In this document: one piece after another, positions 26,165 through 39,171 of the stretch
Layout: each line of letters opens with the position of its first letter
Numbering within the stretch: the first letter of the stretch is position 1
Origin: Octopus vulgaris
Taxonomy: Eukaryota
Direction: 5' to 3'
DNA: 64,000 nt
Assembly (NCBI GenBank): GCA_951406725.2
Contig: OX597822.1
Span: 6,820,001 to 6,884,000, forward strand
Notes under the pieces: generated by a model
The model's input: only the letters and a program-made list of their open reading frames with translations
Database searches by the model: none
What the model was told of the DNA's origin: nothing
Translations under genes and position numbers: made by a program

Positions 26165-27350
26165 ATATATATATATATATATATAAAAATATATATATAT
26201 ACATGTGTCTGTGTGTGTGTGTATATATATACATGCACATCAAAGGACATGCCCAGTAGACAATGTTTATAGGAAAGATATGTCAAAATGTAACATTACA
26301 GTATATATATTAGATATCAAATGAGCATTCATGATCTTCCTAACAATAGCGAATTGCAGACAATTTGGCTCCATACTTGCTCTGCCATACACCAGTTGCA
26401 ACGGGGCTAATTTCATTGACAAAAAGTAAAGATAAGAAAATATTACCAGCATATTATAAATATCATTATAAATATCATCATAATTCGCATCATCAACACA
26501 TTGATAAGGTTCGTGGTGGAAAAGAATTATGATGATTATGATGGTGTTCAGGGCGATGGTGATGATGAGAACATGTTGAGAACAGTGGTGATGATGGTTG
26601 TGGCGCACAATATAACCATCATTAACTGCAATCCAAGTTGCTGCAGATGTCATTGCCTATATGTGCATTAATCTAGTTTGTTTTTGATGCATCTACCTAC
26701 GTAGATCGAACAAGTATGCATTATTCCCAGTCTTCCTCAAATTACATTGTTACAAGCATATTTAGAATAGTTTTTCGTTTTTGTTTACGAAATGTAATCA
26801 GCCTTGTTGTTTTAGCGTTTTTGCTTTATAAGTCATACACGGTTCTGTTCACATAGCATAAAATACCTGCGTATAATCACATTTACTAAATAATTTACAC
26901 ATAAACACAGTTATTTAACATTCGCGTATATATCAGCCTGCCAGTTTCCCTATCTACGCATCCATATGTAAGGAAGATGATTGGCTCAGTTAAATGATGA
27001 CTTCGTATTATCGCTCCAAATATGGACTCCCGCTAAACACACGACGTTCCAACCATGCAAGATCTGGAAACGTCTGTTGAATTTGAAACAAAATTCTAAA
27101 TCAGAAAGTGCTTGCATATACATGCATACATACATACATACATACATAAATACATACATATATGCATACATACATACATACATGAATACTTACATTCGTG
27201 TGTGTGCGTGCGGGTGTGTGTGTCCGTGTATGTGTGTGATTATATGTGCATATATATTTTTCTATACTTCAATACATGTATACAGATTTTTATATATAAA
27301 TACTTATATATAAGGCTACACTCACACACACACATACACACACAAACATG

Positions 27351-27407
<57 letters not shown>

Positions 27408-27558
27408 ATACATGTCTGTGTGTATGTGTGTATGCGAGTTTGTATATATGTGTGTGCGTTAATGCGTGTACTTTGTACATTGTCATACACAGATAATTAT
27501 ATGAAAGGCATTTTAAATCGTTTAACAAATGTGTAAAATATTCTTATAAAATCCTCGT

Positions 27559-27600
27559 GAATTACTTTAAAGTTTCAGCGGCGATTAACTTCGTCAGATT
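27559..27600 (-). ncRNA. Minimal hammerhead-like motif
   Basis: Minus strand AAT-CTGACGA-AGT(taatcgcc)GCT-GAAA-CTTTAAAG-TA-ATT; ACTTTAAAGT is a perfect palindrome; GUA triplet. Confidence 0.55.
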
Positions 27601-27969
27601 GTCTGACGAAGCTAATCAAACAAACGCATCTCACCCCACACAGGAACGCTCATATACATCTAAGAGCGTATCTATCTTACCAGGCCGGAACAAGTCTGCA
27701 TAGTGATGTGACCTACTCGCACGATCAGTAAATAACATTGTGATTTTGAACAAACAAGTCAAAATGTTCAAGTCAGCTGAGAGTTGTCTCATTCTCTATC
27801 TGGTACTGAGGAGGATTAAATAGTTCAAAACGCGCCTACCTGTCTATGAAGGTGCTAGTGGTTGACAATTTTACGTACCTGATTGATTTTCTCTACTGCA
27901 AACTGCAACGAAACGCTTTTGCATGTTCAAATTTTGTTCCGAACATATTTGAACAGATTTTATATTATA

Positions 27970-28123
27970 ATTTAGGGTATCTAAGAGATATCACCACGCT
28001 GAAATCCGGTATCTGGAATTATCCAGTAATCTTCTCTCCTGGTGCATAAATATTTAATGTGGTTTTACACTCAAGTTTTAGCTGTTATTTCCAGCGTGGG
28101 GATATCTCTTAGATACCCTAAAT
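27970..28123. repeat. Fold-back/MITE-like element with 32-bp inverted repeats
   Basis: 27970-28001 versus 28092-28123, one mismatch. Confidence 0.8.
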
Positions 28124-28238
28124 CATAGTTTTAATAACAATTATTACCTTTGAAGGTTTTCATTCCCATGTTGGCCACCTAATAAGATCAGTATTTAAAT
28201 AACGATCTTATTCTTATTTATATAAATTTATATATACA

Positions 28239-28310
<72 letters not shown>

Positions 28311-28335
28311 ATACATACATACATACATGTATCTC

Positions 28336-28385
<50 letters not shown>

Positions 28386-28579
28386 GATGTATCTATGTAT
28401 ATTAGGGTAGGTGTAGAGGCGGAAAATAAAGAATCTGTTCAAATATGTTCGGAGCAAAATTTGAACATGGGAAAGCGTTTCATTGCAATTTACAGTAGAG
28501 AAAATTATTCTCGTAAATACAATAGTCAATTTCTAGAGTCTTTCATACACCCGCAGACACGTATATATATATACATATA

Positions 28580-28937
28580 TCTTCTTCTTCTACTTCTTCT
28601 TCTTGTTCGTCCTTCGGGTTCGAAGATGACCATTGACATCATTTGGTAGAATTGCTGCTATGAGACCGGAGGTGGCCCGGTAAGGCCAATCCGCGCAAGA
28701 AAGCCCCTCCCACAGGTGGGGCAGAAGTGGGTAGGGGCTGTGCTATTGGTGCAGGTGGCTCTCGCTTTCCGCATCTGGCGTTTCTGTTCTGCTGACTGAA
28801 TCCGTCTCTCCTCGGCTGTCTTTGCTCCTGTGGTGATTGCGCTGCGCCAGGATGAGCGGTCGGCAGCAAGCCTCTCCCAAGACTCTGTGCCGATGGAGAA
28901 GTCTTTGAGAGAGACTTTGAGACTGTCCTTGAAGTCA
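28580..28937 (-). mobile_element. RTE-clade LINE 3' end
   Basis: FKDSLKVSLKDFSI..ESWERLAADRSSWRSAI...CPTCGRGFLARIGL, short 3' UTR and (GAA)n tail. Confidence 0.85.
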
Positions 28938-28973
28938 TATACATATACATATATAAATATATGTATATGAACG

Positions 28974-29300
28974 CATGACTCAGTAGTTAGGCCGTCGGGT
29001 TTACTATCATGTGGTTGTGATTTCGATATCCGGACCGGGCTGTGTGTTGTGTTTTTGAGAAAGGTACGTTGTTCCACTTTACTCAGCAGTAGAAATGAGT
29101 TGCGACGTCACTGGTGCCAAGCTGTGTCGGCCCCTTTGCCTTTCCCTTGGACAATATCATTAGTGTGGAGTGGGCAGACTGATATATAGGGGCGACTGCA
29201 GGTCTTCTACAAAGAAGCTTGCACGGACTTGTGCCTTGGAGGGGAACTTTGTAAGTGCAATCCCATGGTCAATCGTGAACGAAAGGGCCGTTACTCTTAA
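28974..29300 (+). mobile_element. SINE family D copy
   Basis: Homologous to 5455-5773. Confidence 0.78.
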
Positions 29301-29355
29301 TGACTGCCCGTGTCCTTGTCTGTCTGCATATACTCACACACACATACACATACAC

Positions 29356-29398
<43 letters not shown>

Positions 29399-30159
29399 AC
29401 ATACATAGAGAGAGAGAGAGTGAGAGAGATACATATATATTTATACATACATATGTATATACATGTGTCTGTGTGTGTATATATACGTGCACACATTACA
29501 TAGGCGCACAATACATGCACACGTACGTACTCATATGCCAGTCTGATAGTCGTTCCCCTCCTAAATGGACCCCTTACCAACTCTAATAATTACACCATGC
29601 TCTGATGGTTGTATAGAATTACGCTCGATTTTCCTACTTGAGTTTTACTCCTCCTTCTTTGTAGTTTCTTTCAAAGATGACATTTATACTGAAGGACATA
29701 ACCTTCTCTTTTCCCCCATTTTCTGGGCGTGAACTTCATGTGCTCCGATATTTCTTTTGTAAGATCGGAACTGCAATGAACTGTCTGCTTATAAAAAAAT
29801 GACTTGAACACGCACTTTACGATTTTTTTATGGCCTGATAAGGATCATCACAGCTTATCTGTTTTTGTTTTACCAATATAGCTTTTGCTTTAGCATTAAT
29901 TATACCAGGTTCTTAATCCCCCAAATTACACAACAGTAACGCCAGTATCATTAGATGACCCTGGATTCCCTTATTACTGAATTATTATTTATAATTTTTC
30001 TTCAACTATATCTTATCTGATTAGCTAGTTTCGTTGGAATGAATAAAGGCCGTCTACATATGGAGGCACCGTCTTCTGGGCATTCCAACCAAATCACGCT
30101 TAAATTACATCATACCGTCTACTTGAGGAATGTTATTTATTATTTTATTTATTTATGCG

Positions 30160-30410
30160 CCCTTTTCAAGCCTAGCCCGGCTCATGGGCCCGGTTTCCCG
30201 GTTTCTATGGCGTATGTGTTACCCCCATCTGGACGGGGGTAAATTTGAAGCGAAAGAGTACAACAGTGGTCGCCACCACCCCCTGCCGGAGCATCGTGGA
30301 GCTTTAATTGTTTTCGCTCAATAAACACACACAACGCCCGGTCTGGAAATCGAAACCGCGATCCTCCAATCGCGAGTCCGCTGCCCTAACCACAGGGCCA
30401 TTGCGTCTCC
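30160..30410 (-). mobile_element. SINE family A copy, with a third putative tail segment at 30160-30240
   Basis: Head and body at 30252-30410 match 4013 and 13647. Confidence 0.75.
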
Positions 30411-30489
30411 GAAGAATGTTACATATTAGATAATATAAGAAAACTGCAATACCTATAACCATAACTAGGTGTTTATTACTGGAAATACT

Positions 30490-30702
30490 GGTTCCAAATT
30501 TTGGCATAAGTCCAGCAATTTCGGGGAGGGTATAAGTCGATTAAATCGACCCAGTTCTCAGCTCCTACTTATTTTATTGACCCTCAAAGGATGAAAGCTA
30601 AAGTTGACCACGGTGGCATTAAAGATCAGAACGTAAAGAAAGACGAAATTCCCCTAAACATTTGGCCAGGCGTGCTAACGGTTCTGCCAGCTAGCCGCCT
30701 TA
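30490..30702 (-). mobile_element. SINE family C, older subfamily
   Basis: GGCGGCTAGCTGGCAGAACCGTTAGCACGCC head; tail ends ...GCCAAAATTTGGAACC. Confidence 0.75.
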
Positions 30703-31599
30703 AACTGCTAGAAATATTGGCACTATGTCTGGTTAATCAGAGCTGACCTGGAGCGAAACAACAACAAAAACATCTAGACACATACGAAGCAATTCCCAAA
30801 TTACTATCTGCCTCAGCAATGGCAAATTGTAGTCTTGATGCGTGTTTATATATTCTCTAAAACTAATGATCCTTTAAACGGTCAGCTACAACATTAGTGC
30901 TATTAGGCTGAGCAATCTGTCTGTGTCCATTCGCATGATATGATAGCACATACCATGAAAACATAACATGATAATATTGGTTCGGTCACGATGTTATTTA
31001 AATCTATTCACGAAATCAATGCACAAGAGATTCTAATTAAAGCAGTTCATTGTTTCAGTTAGATAAATAGTCGATTGTTATATGCACGCTAAATATGGAC
31101 TAAACCTACGCTGAGGATGTGTATATCATTCAAATTTAAGATAGTTAAACTTAAAACTATATTTCTCACTCTCTAAATCGTTACAATGTATACGTTCTGT
31201 GTTCATTCGATGTCTTCCTCGAAGGAAGATGTTGGTTCCTAACAAAGATACAAAGCTCCATCTTTAGATTGTGGATAACAAAAGTAATGCAACATTTCAA
31301 ACTTGAGCACAGTAACGCATATTTGTACTGTTCTGCTCACAGATTGTACTTGCAATGTGCATTTTAACTGTTTACTTTCTTTTCTGAAAACCCTCACTTT
31401 CCCATATTATCACTCTAGCACTTACTTACAATCTGAAATGCAACGCATTACTTTTTTGGTATACATTTGGGTTTTAAGTCTGGCCGTACGAGCTGGAGTT
31501 TTCTAAGCAGTCGTCTGTAGTTATCCCAATTTCTTAGTGATTTTCGAATAATTATTCACATCAAGAGAGATGATCACTTTAGCGGTACGTACTTTTCCT

Positions 31600-32280
31600 C
31601 GTCTATTCCAAAAGACAATATCCGACATGTTATGCTTGCACTTAGTAAACGTTGTCATAGAAATCACCAAACAACATGCCTTGATTTGGTGTTTATGCCT
31701 GTATTTAGTAACAACGGGATTCGTTAAATTCATAAATCCCACTTTTATCGGAAGCATTGTACATCGTTTTAGTTTAAACGCCATACTGAATTCGGAAGTA
31801 GTATCGTGATGACATCTTTGGGCAACTCCTAATCACATGTATGTTGTGTTCGAAAGAAATGTGTTTACGATATTTTCGGTTGCATCCGGAGGATCCAAGG
31901 AATTCTCTGTGTATTTTGTTCGTGAGGTATTTTGTAGCAATCCCGTGCACTTCGACTGCAGATGCATAAACTTCGAAGTATGATGCAAGGTACAGATTCC
32001 AAGTCCAAGCGATGTTATCGATATTGGCACCATCGTGAAGTCTTCAGTAAACATAACTGTGCATGGCCATTTTGATATGATGTGCATATCACATCCAGAT
32101 CTTTGATGTATGTTAGCCCCGTTGCTTTGGATTTGTATGGGAGATCAACATTTGTCTCTGTCGCCGGAAGGTATGCTGCACGTTTTTCAGCAATAGGTTT
32201 ATATATTTAATTTTGCTGCTGTTGCTCAAAGGGTGCGGTCTGAGAGACGCCACAAAACACTCAAAAACTCTTTGAACTAA
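31600..32280 (-). mobile_element. Highly decayed CR1/L2-like LINE RT C-terminal relic
   Basis: Minus-strand remnants YIKDLDVI (cf. KDLGV) and WNLYL...EVHGIATKYL (cf. W.P.....LE.VQ.RATK). Confidence 0.45.
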
Positions 32281-32330
32281 TATCAAGACTCTACTTCCTT
32301 TCTCTCTTTTTACGTAGAGCTTACTGATAT

Positions 32331-32540
32331 ACTCTTTACTTGTTTCATCCATTTGACTGCGGCCATGCTGGAGCACCACCTTTAATCGAGCAACTCGACC
32401 CCGGGACTTATTCTTTGTAAGCCCAGTACTTATTCTAACGGTGTCTTTTTGCCGAACCGCTAAGTGACGGAGACATAAACACACCAGCATCGGTTGTCAA
32501 GCAATGATAGGGGGACAAACACAGACGCACAAACATATAC

Positions 32541-32573
<33 letters not shown>

Positions 32574-32738
32574 CATATATACGACAGGCTTCTTTCAGTT
32601 TCCGTCTACCAAATCCACTCACAAGGCATTGGTCGGCCCGAGGCTATAGCAGAAGACACTTGCCCAAGATGCCACACAGTGGGACTGAACTCGGAACCAT
32701 GTGGTTCGTAAACAAGCTACTTACCACACAGCCACTCC
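32331..32738 (-). mobile_element. SINE family B copy
   Basis: Reverse complement homologous to 6652-7097. Confidence 0.88.
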
Positions 32739-33311
32739 ATTTCTAAAGACAATTCAAGTTGAGATCAGCATTTTGCGGGTTTTAATGTCCATGCAGTGGA
32801 TTTCTTCTACAGACCAGTCAAGGATCCGAGAAGACGACATCAACGCTGGAATTTAAAATTAATTGTGGGATAAAGGGTAGATTTCCACTACGAATTTATT
32901 TTAATTGTGTTTGGTGAAATATTCTCAGGTCACTTTAACTTTATTCCCAGAAACTCCGCACATGTTTTCGTCAATGGCCTGTTTTTGTAGTAAACCTTGG
33001 GAGGAAGAGTACTGATGCACAGCTTCTTCTTTGTTTGGGGAACTGATTTTTGCAATTTCAGTAATCAAATATGAACGTATTTCTTCTTTGCTAAATTACA
33101 TTACTGCATCAGCTGAAAGGTAATTAACTCAGTTTGCTTTTGGCATTATAAACAATTTTAGAAATAATTCTTCAAGTCGTCCACAAAAACCAAGCGAGAA
33201 AAAAAAAATGAATCACATTTGTATCTCATGCAGTTGCAGACCCTAAGGTGAGGCCACTGGATTTTTGTAGGAGAATAAATTTGAACATTATTTCAGTTGT
33301 GTTTGCCTTCT

Positions 33312-34260
33312 CACTGGATTTAAACTAAAATTGGCGTGTTGGTTTCAGAACTACAGTCAGTTTTCTTTTAATATGTCCAGGTTTTTTTTTTCTACATCTT
33401 ACTCTGAATAAGCACAATTGTATTTTTGTCCGTAAGTAATTGGGTTGGTCAGCTGGTTTTCTTATTTTATTGATAACACTGGGAACAATTTCGAAAACAA
33501 TTTGTTGTCTTACTGTTTGCAATTGGCCTTACCTAATTTGATGGTGCTGAGTTCAGAAATGGCCTCAGAAATTTTCTATCGTGTCACGTTTTTGTTAAAG
33601 AGGAATTCCTATATTACTCTAAAATGTTAATTTTGACCTTAAATGCAATATTGAAATAAGAAGCTAACGCAAATCAAATAGTACGTTTTTTATTTTGTTT
33701 AACAAGTATATTACAAAAAGTCTTTAATTACATATCTTAGGTTAGATATTTCTGTGGAATTGGAATTTCAGCAACTCAAACAGTGAACATTTCAGTTGCT
33801 GCTTTGCATGAATATTATGCATTATGAGAGAATGTTTGTAGAGGCCAGTAGTAGTCAGCCATCTTGATTGCATTCCACCTGCCTTCATACTAAGACTCTA
33901 TGGTTTCGATGTATTGGTAGAATATTTCTCCTTACCCATAATTTGTAGTAGTATGTTTTCAGTGAACTAGTCCAGATGATTAGCAGGAAATGCGCGTTTA
34001 TACTCATGCTGCATGCTAGTGCCCGAAAACTGGTTAACTAGGTCTGCACAATCTCTTCATAATTTTATTATTTCCTGCTCCTTAGGAGGCCAGACATAAT
34101 TGCAGTAAAACAATTTCATGCTTCTTTTTCAACGCCACTCATGGTCTCCAAGAACTGTTTTCCCTGCAATAGCCACCTAATCTGTTGTCCGTCAAACACA
34201 CCAACCTTAATTCTCTCACATGTCTAAGCTGGAATCTTTCTACTGAATTATTTGAAACAA
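33312..34260 (-). mobile_element. DDE DNA-transposon relic, Chapaev3-like (CMC group); transposase C-terminus at about 33840-34260
   Basis: IKVGVFDGQQIRWLL..., NYEEIV, MSINAHFL and YEGRWNAIKMADYYW with stops; CACTG at 33312 as a putative terminus. The family name comes from recalled motifs and is unverified. Confidence 0.6.
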
Positions 34261-36101
34261 TCACAGTTTCAATCTATCAACACATAAATTACGCACTATA
34301 TGGGGTGTACCGGCTCAGTTTCCTGCCAAAGTAAGAAAGATAAGCTTTCTTAACAAATTTTGCGATTTTGTTTCGCTACTTAAGTAAAGTATAACATCCA
34401 CAAATATAGCAGAATTTTCCGCCATCTGACAGAACAATGTTCGGCATATCCCTACACTCCCTCCTTCCGTCTGACTGTTCTTCAGTCAGTGTTGCTGGTC
34501 TCACATTGAGCCTGGAAGTGTACGTTGAAGGAGCTTGTGTAAAGCTTATGGATAATATTTAGGCAAGCGATGAGTCACTAGTTTTCTGCCAACAATTCGG
34601 TTTGTTTATCTATTGATAAATAGTTCTTCTAGATACACGCATTACTGATTTTCTGTTGAGTGTCAACCTGTTGTACACGTTTCCAAATATTAGGTCATTT
34701 CTAAGTGCATTCTCATTATGCAAGATTAGAATGCCTCATGATATTTTAGAGAATGGGTGTTCTTGGCGGTACTGTTTTCTTTCCTCATCTCCTTCTGTAA
34801 TACCTGTGGATTAGAAGCAAACTTGCAAATTATACGGAGATCCTCGACATTTTTTCCAGTGTAACTAAATTTTCGCCGAGCGTCATGAATTCGTGCAATT
34901 AATAACAACATTTCCTCAAAGAAATTCACGTGAAGATTCACTGTAGTCTTTTGTATAGTTTTTTTGCATAAAATATAATTGTTGAGGTTTGAAACCCTTA
35001 CATTTTATTACGTGGTTAACCATGCAACATTCTTCAAGTTTTTTTTTCCATCTCAGTTGACTCCATGTACTAATTTCTTTATCAGGTCCGCTGCAGGTTT
35101 CTTCTCTATATTATTTAGGAGTAATGATAGCTACGTATATGATGGCATTAATTGCCCAGTAATTAACATCGCACAATCCTATGTGTTATCCATCAACATC
35201 ACTAAATCATCAATAAATTTTAATTTAAGAACCGTTGGATTTTTCTCAATTCTTGTAAAAGAATAGCCTGCTGCTTAACCATTGCTTGGGAAAACAAAAC
35301 AGCAAAAACTCCTTTTAGAAACTGTGATATCAAAATGCTAATCTGAATATATTCAGCGTCAGAGCATTTCGAAAAGAATCAGTTACATGTAGAGATATAT
35401 GAGAGTTTAATGATGGCGGCAGCGGTATGTTTACATTATTTTCGATCTCTCTTTTGGCAGATTTTGGCCGGTTCTCAGTGTTCGGAGATGATCGATAAGC
35501 ATCACAAGAGTTAGAAAAGCAATTACTATCTTCGATAGCCATATTTTCGACAAAGGAAGACGCTTGCTGTCGAGGCTGATTTGCTGTGAAATAGTTTGGC
35601 TGACCTTCATCCTAGTGTTTTTATTTTGTGTCCGTTTCATTTCACCGATAGACGGGTCACCACGGTTTTATTCCTAACACAGAAGTAGATCCCGATTTCA
35701 ATGCGAAGACCAAGAAACGTGAGAAAATTATTTATGTTGTTTATAAATAAGCTACAAGTGTCATAGTACTGATTATGGGGTATTAGTCATGATGTTGTGA
35801 TCAATTTAAGCCATGCTCGTGCTAGAAAGATTTTACATGGTAAAATATATATCTGAATTGAATAACGATGCATTGGTAGGTAGAATATGTGTCTCGTATT
35901 TGGGAAGGAAGACACCAGTCATTAACGTAGGATAGAGGAGTCGACATATTTATGCAATAAGAAATACAAATCGCCCCAAAAGCATTTTATACGGTCCTCA
36001 ACGCCTGGAATTTCTAATATTGTTAGCGCTATTTTGTACGTATGCATTTATACATGTACGTCTCTAGCCATTTATTTATCTATCTATTTGAAGTACGAAT
36101 A

Positions 36102-36137
<36 letters not shown>

Positions 36138-36173
36138 TGTATGTATATGTGTGTGTATATACTTATGTGCGTG

Positions 36174-36397
36174 TGTGAAATAGGACAAAAACACCAAGGC
36201 ATAACAAGTATCTCAAGTTATATGTACTATTATTCTTAAATTTGTCTCTGCTGATGGAACATCGCGTATTCAAGCATACTCGCCTATCACTTGAGATATC
36301 CCAGAAACAGATGTAAGAGCTCAAATAATTTTAAGAATAACAATACATATGACTTGAGATACATGTTATGTCTTGGCTTTTTTTGTCCTATTTCACA
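36174..36397 (+). mobile_element. Fold-back element: ~67-bp inverted repeats enclosing a degenerate hammerhead (36244-36318)
   Basis: Arms 36174-36240 and 36330-36397; loop TCT-CTGCTGA...GATATCCCA-GAAAC-AGAT-GTA-AGA resembles 16272-16326. Confidence 0.7.
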
Positions 36398-36882
36398 AAT
36401 ATATTTCGGCTACATTGGAGACCTAAAATGTTCCCGTAGCCGGCGTCTCGGTTGCGAGCTTGAAGCCCTGATAATCCGTTAACACATACCCAGCGTACCT
36501 ATTCGTACGTATACAGAGAGAGAGAGCATGTATACAGAGAGAGAGAGAGAGAGGGCGAAAGATAGAGAGAAGAAGTGTGAGAGAAATAGAGAGAAAGAGA
36601 GAGAGAGTTAATGATTGGTAAAGCAACATTACGCAATCATTTTCATTATTGTGCAGGTGTTTTTGCTTTGGGTACGTGTGCACCGAGAGCGGTGTGTCGC
36701 TGCAACCCTTTACAGATTCTGCATAGCCACTTGAATATGCATACATATAGATATTAATGTTTGATTTTATGACATGTTACATATAAAACAACCTAGCATT
36801 TAATTGAAACTACATTGAATATTTTTAGTACAGTCAGTACCATATTAGATTGTTTTTGTAAAGCAAGCTTATCTTCGTGTAC

Positions 36883-36937
<55 letters not shown>

Positions 36938-37767
36938 TATACTCCTACCCCATTTCCTGTTTTGACACTCTTTTACCAAACACTTTAAACTAAGCACCAC
37001 GTTTAATCACATGGATCCTAATCCTCCAAAGAAATTTTTCCAAGGTCTATTAGTGAACTCTAAAAGCATAAAGATTCTACAATGTATCGGTATACTTATT
37101 TATTAATTTTTGTATGTTTTTTATTATTTTTTCGAAAAAATTTGTAAATTTCTTTTTTCCCTTTCCTCAATTTAAAAAAAAAACAACTTAAATTTTAAAA
37201 AATTATTTTCCCCTTTCAAATCTTAAAAATTTGCTTTGCGATGAAAACCGGATTTGATTTATTATTATTATTTTAATTTTCCATACACCCATTGGTATCA
37301 AAATTTACTTTCAATTTAGCATTCTGCCCTATTATAATTTTTCCCCTCCTATAATTTCTCCACGTGCGGTCAACACAGCCCCGCCATTTATTGATATATA
37401 TAAATATATATATATATTGTGATCAAATCATGCATGTGTTACATGTACATCCGAACGACAATGTAAACTTTCATTTAATCAGGATACCCTTGGCCTTACC
37501 CGAGGCCTGCGGTATACACTTTGTTTGGCTATTTACCACTTCCGAGGTTCCGCTCGCATTGAACGATATGTAGCCCGGATCATTATTATTCGTATACACT
37601 GTAACCTTGGTCACCTACCATGAAAGGTAGAAAAGCTTTTCCGCTTTATCGTAGTAGTATACGAAATAATCTGCAACCTTCTCTCTTAATAAACCACTTT
37701 TGTCCCTGAATGTTGTTTTCTATATTAATTACGGATTCGTTGACGCTAACTTTCTCGATCCTTGGAA

Positions 37768-37839
<72 letters not shown>

Positions 37840-38355
37840 TTTTGAATGTGTTTCACTGATGAACAAAAGACGTAGATAATACGTTAATTGCGAAATCACA
37901 GGTGATCTGGAACTAAATTCTGCCTTTAAATGTCTGGCTTCGAGAGCTGCCTTCGGTACGATTCGTTTATTTTTGGTAGTAATGACATTGAAAGTCCCTC
38001 CTAGCGTGTGGTATTTATGTGTAACAATGCCCTCTATATAATATAATATATATATATATATACATATATATGTATGTATGTATGCATGTATGTATGTATA
38101 AATACACACACACACACACACACCCATACATATAAGAAATGGAAAAGAAAACATGACCTCTTAATACCAATTATCAACTTTCATTGTTACTTGCTCCATT
38201 TCTTTTCTTATCTGAATATATTAAACCAGGGTTTTACCATTGAAATTACCACCTGCTGTTAATCTTATAGCAAGGCCTATAATAGTGAGGAAATGCACCA
38301 ATAGTGCCCACATATATATTTATCCCTTAGACGATTGCATAACCTCTAACTCATA

Positions 38356-38405
<50 letters not shown>

Positions 38406-38567
38406 ATACATATATATATATGGGAAGGAAGGCACCACTCTAATTACGTATATGTGTATACATATATATCAATTCCCTTTTCAAGGTTCCTGATCTGAGA
38501 TCATGTGTTGAAAGAGATATTGCTGCATTTCGGTATGGTCATTTTATTTATCTATTTAATTTGTGGG

Positions 38568-39086
38568 TTTTTTTTGCTAAATAAACACACGCACTATATA
38601 TTCTTTTCTTCATTCATTTATTGCTGTTATTTTATTATTTTAACGCCTGTGCATTGTCCGGAAATTTCTCGTCACGCATCTGTGACCTCTTCAGCGACAC
38701 TTTTCGCGTCAGTGTGTGTTCTTACTCCACTTACTCCATTCTGTTCTTCTAAGATGTGTATCCTTAGGTGCACATTCGTTTGTGTCCTTGTTTGTGTATG
38801 TATATGCATGCGTGAGTATGTGTATGCTTGTGTGTGTGTCAAAGTTTTTAGCAGCAGTGTGACCTCCTCAGCCCCAACCTCACCATTGTGCTTCTCCTGT
38901 CCTAAAATATAAGGATATACGTCAGAGAAGAACAGAATGGAATAAGTTGAGCAAAAGCACACACAGGCAGGGTGTGTGAAGAAAGATTTCCGGACAAAGG
39001 ACAGGCGTTAAAATAATGAAATAACAGTTACAAACGAGTGAAGAAAAAAATAATATGGTGCGTGTGTTTATTTGGCAAAAGAAAAA
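38568..39086 (-). mobile_element. Fold-back element: ~100-bp inverted repeats with a hammerhead-like motif (38655-38699, minus strand)
   Basis: Arms 38568-38664 and 38986-39086; minus strand TGTCg-CTGAAGA-gGTCAC(agatgc)GTGACga-GAAA-TTTC-cgGACA; partial second core at about 38860-38873. Confidence 0.65.
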
Positions 39087-39099
39087 ATATCTCGGAATA

Positions 39100-39171
<72 letters not shown>

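Noticed and set aside
32760-33150. Possible mariner N-terminal relic (also 44450-44920)
   Set aside because: Only faint peptide resemblance; no TIR or catalytic motif.
34560-35300. Possible hAT transposase relic (also 39419-39640)
   Set aside because: No diagnostic motif recovered by eye.
35431-35640. 69-aa ORF with a hydrophobic stretch
   Set aside because: Short, no homology recognised, no clear splice donor; expected by chance.
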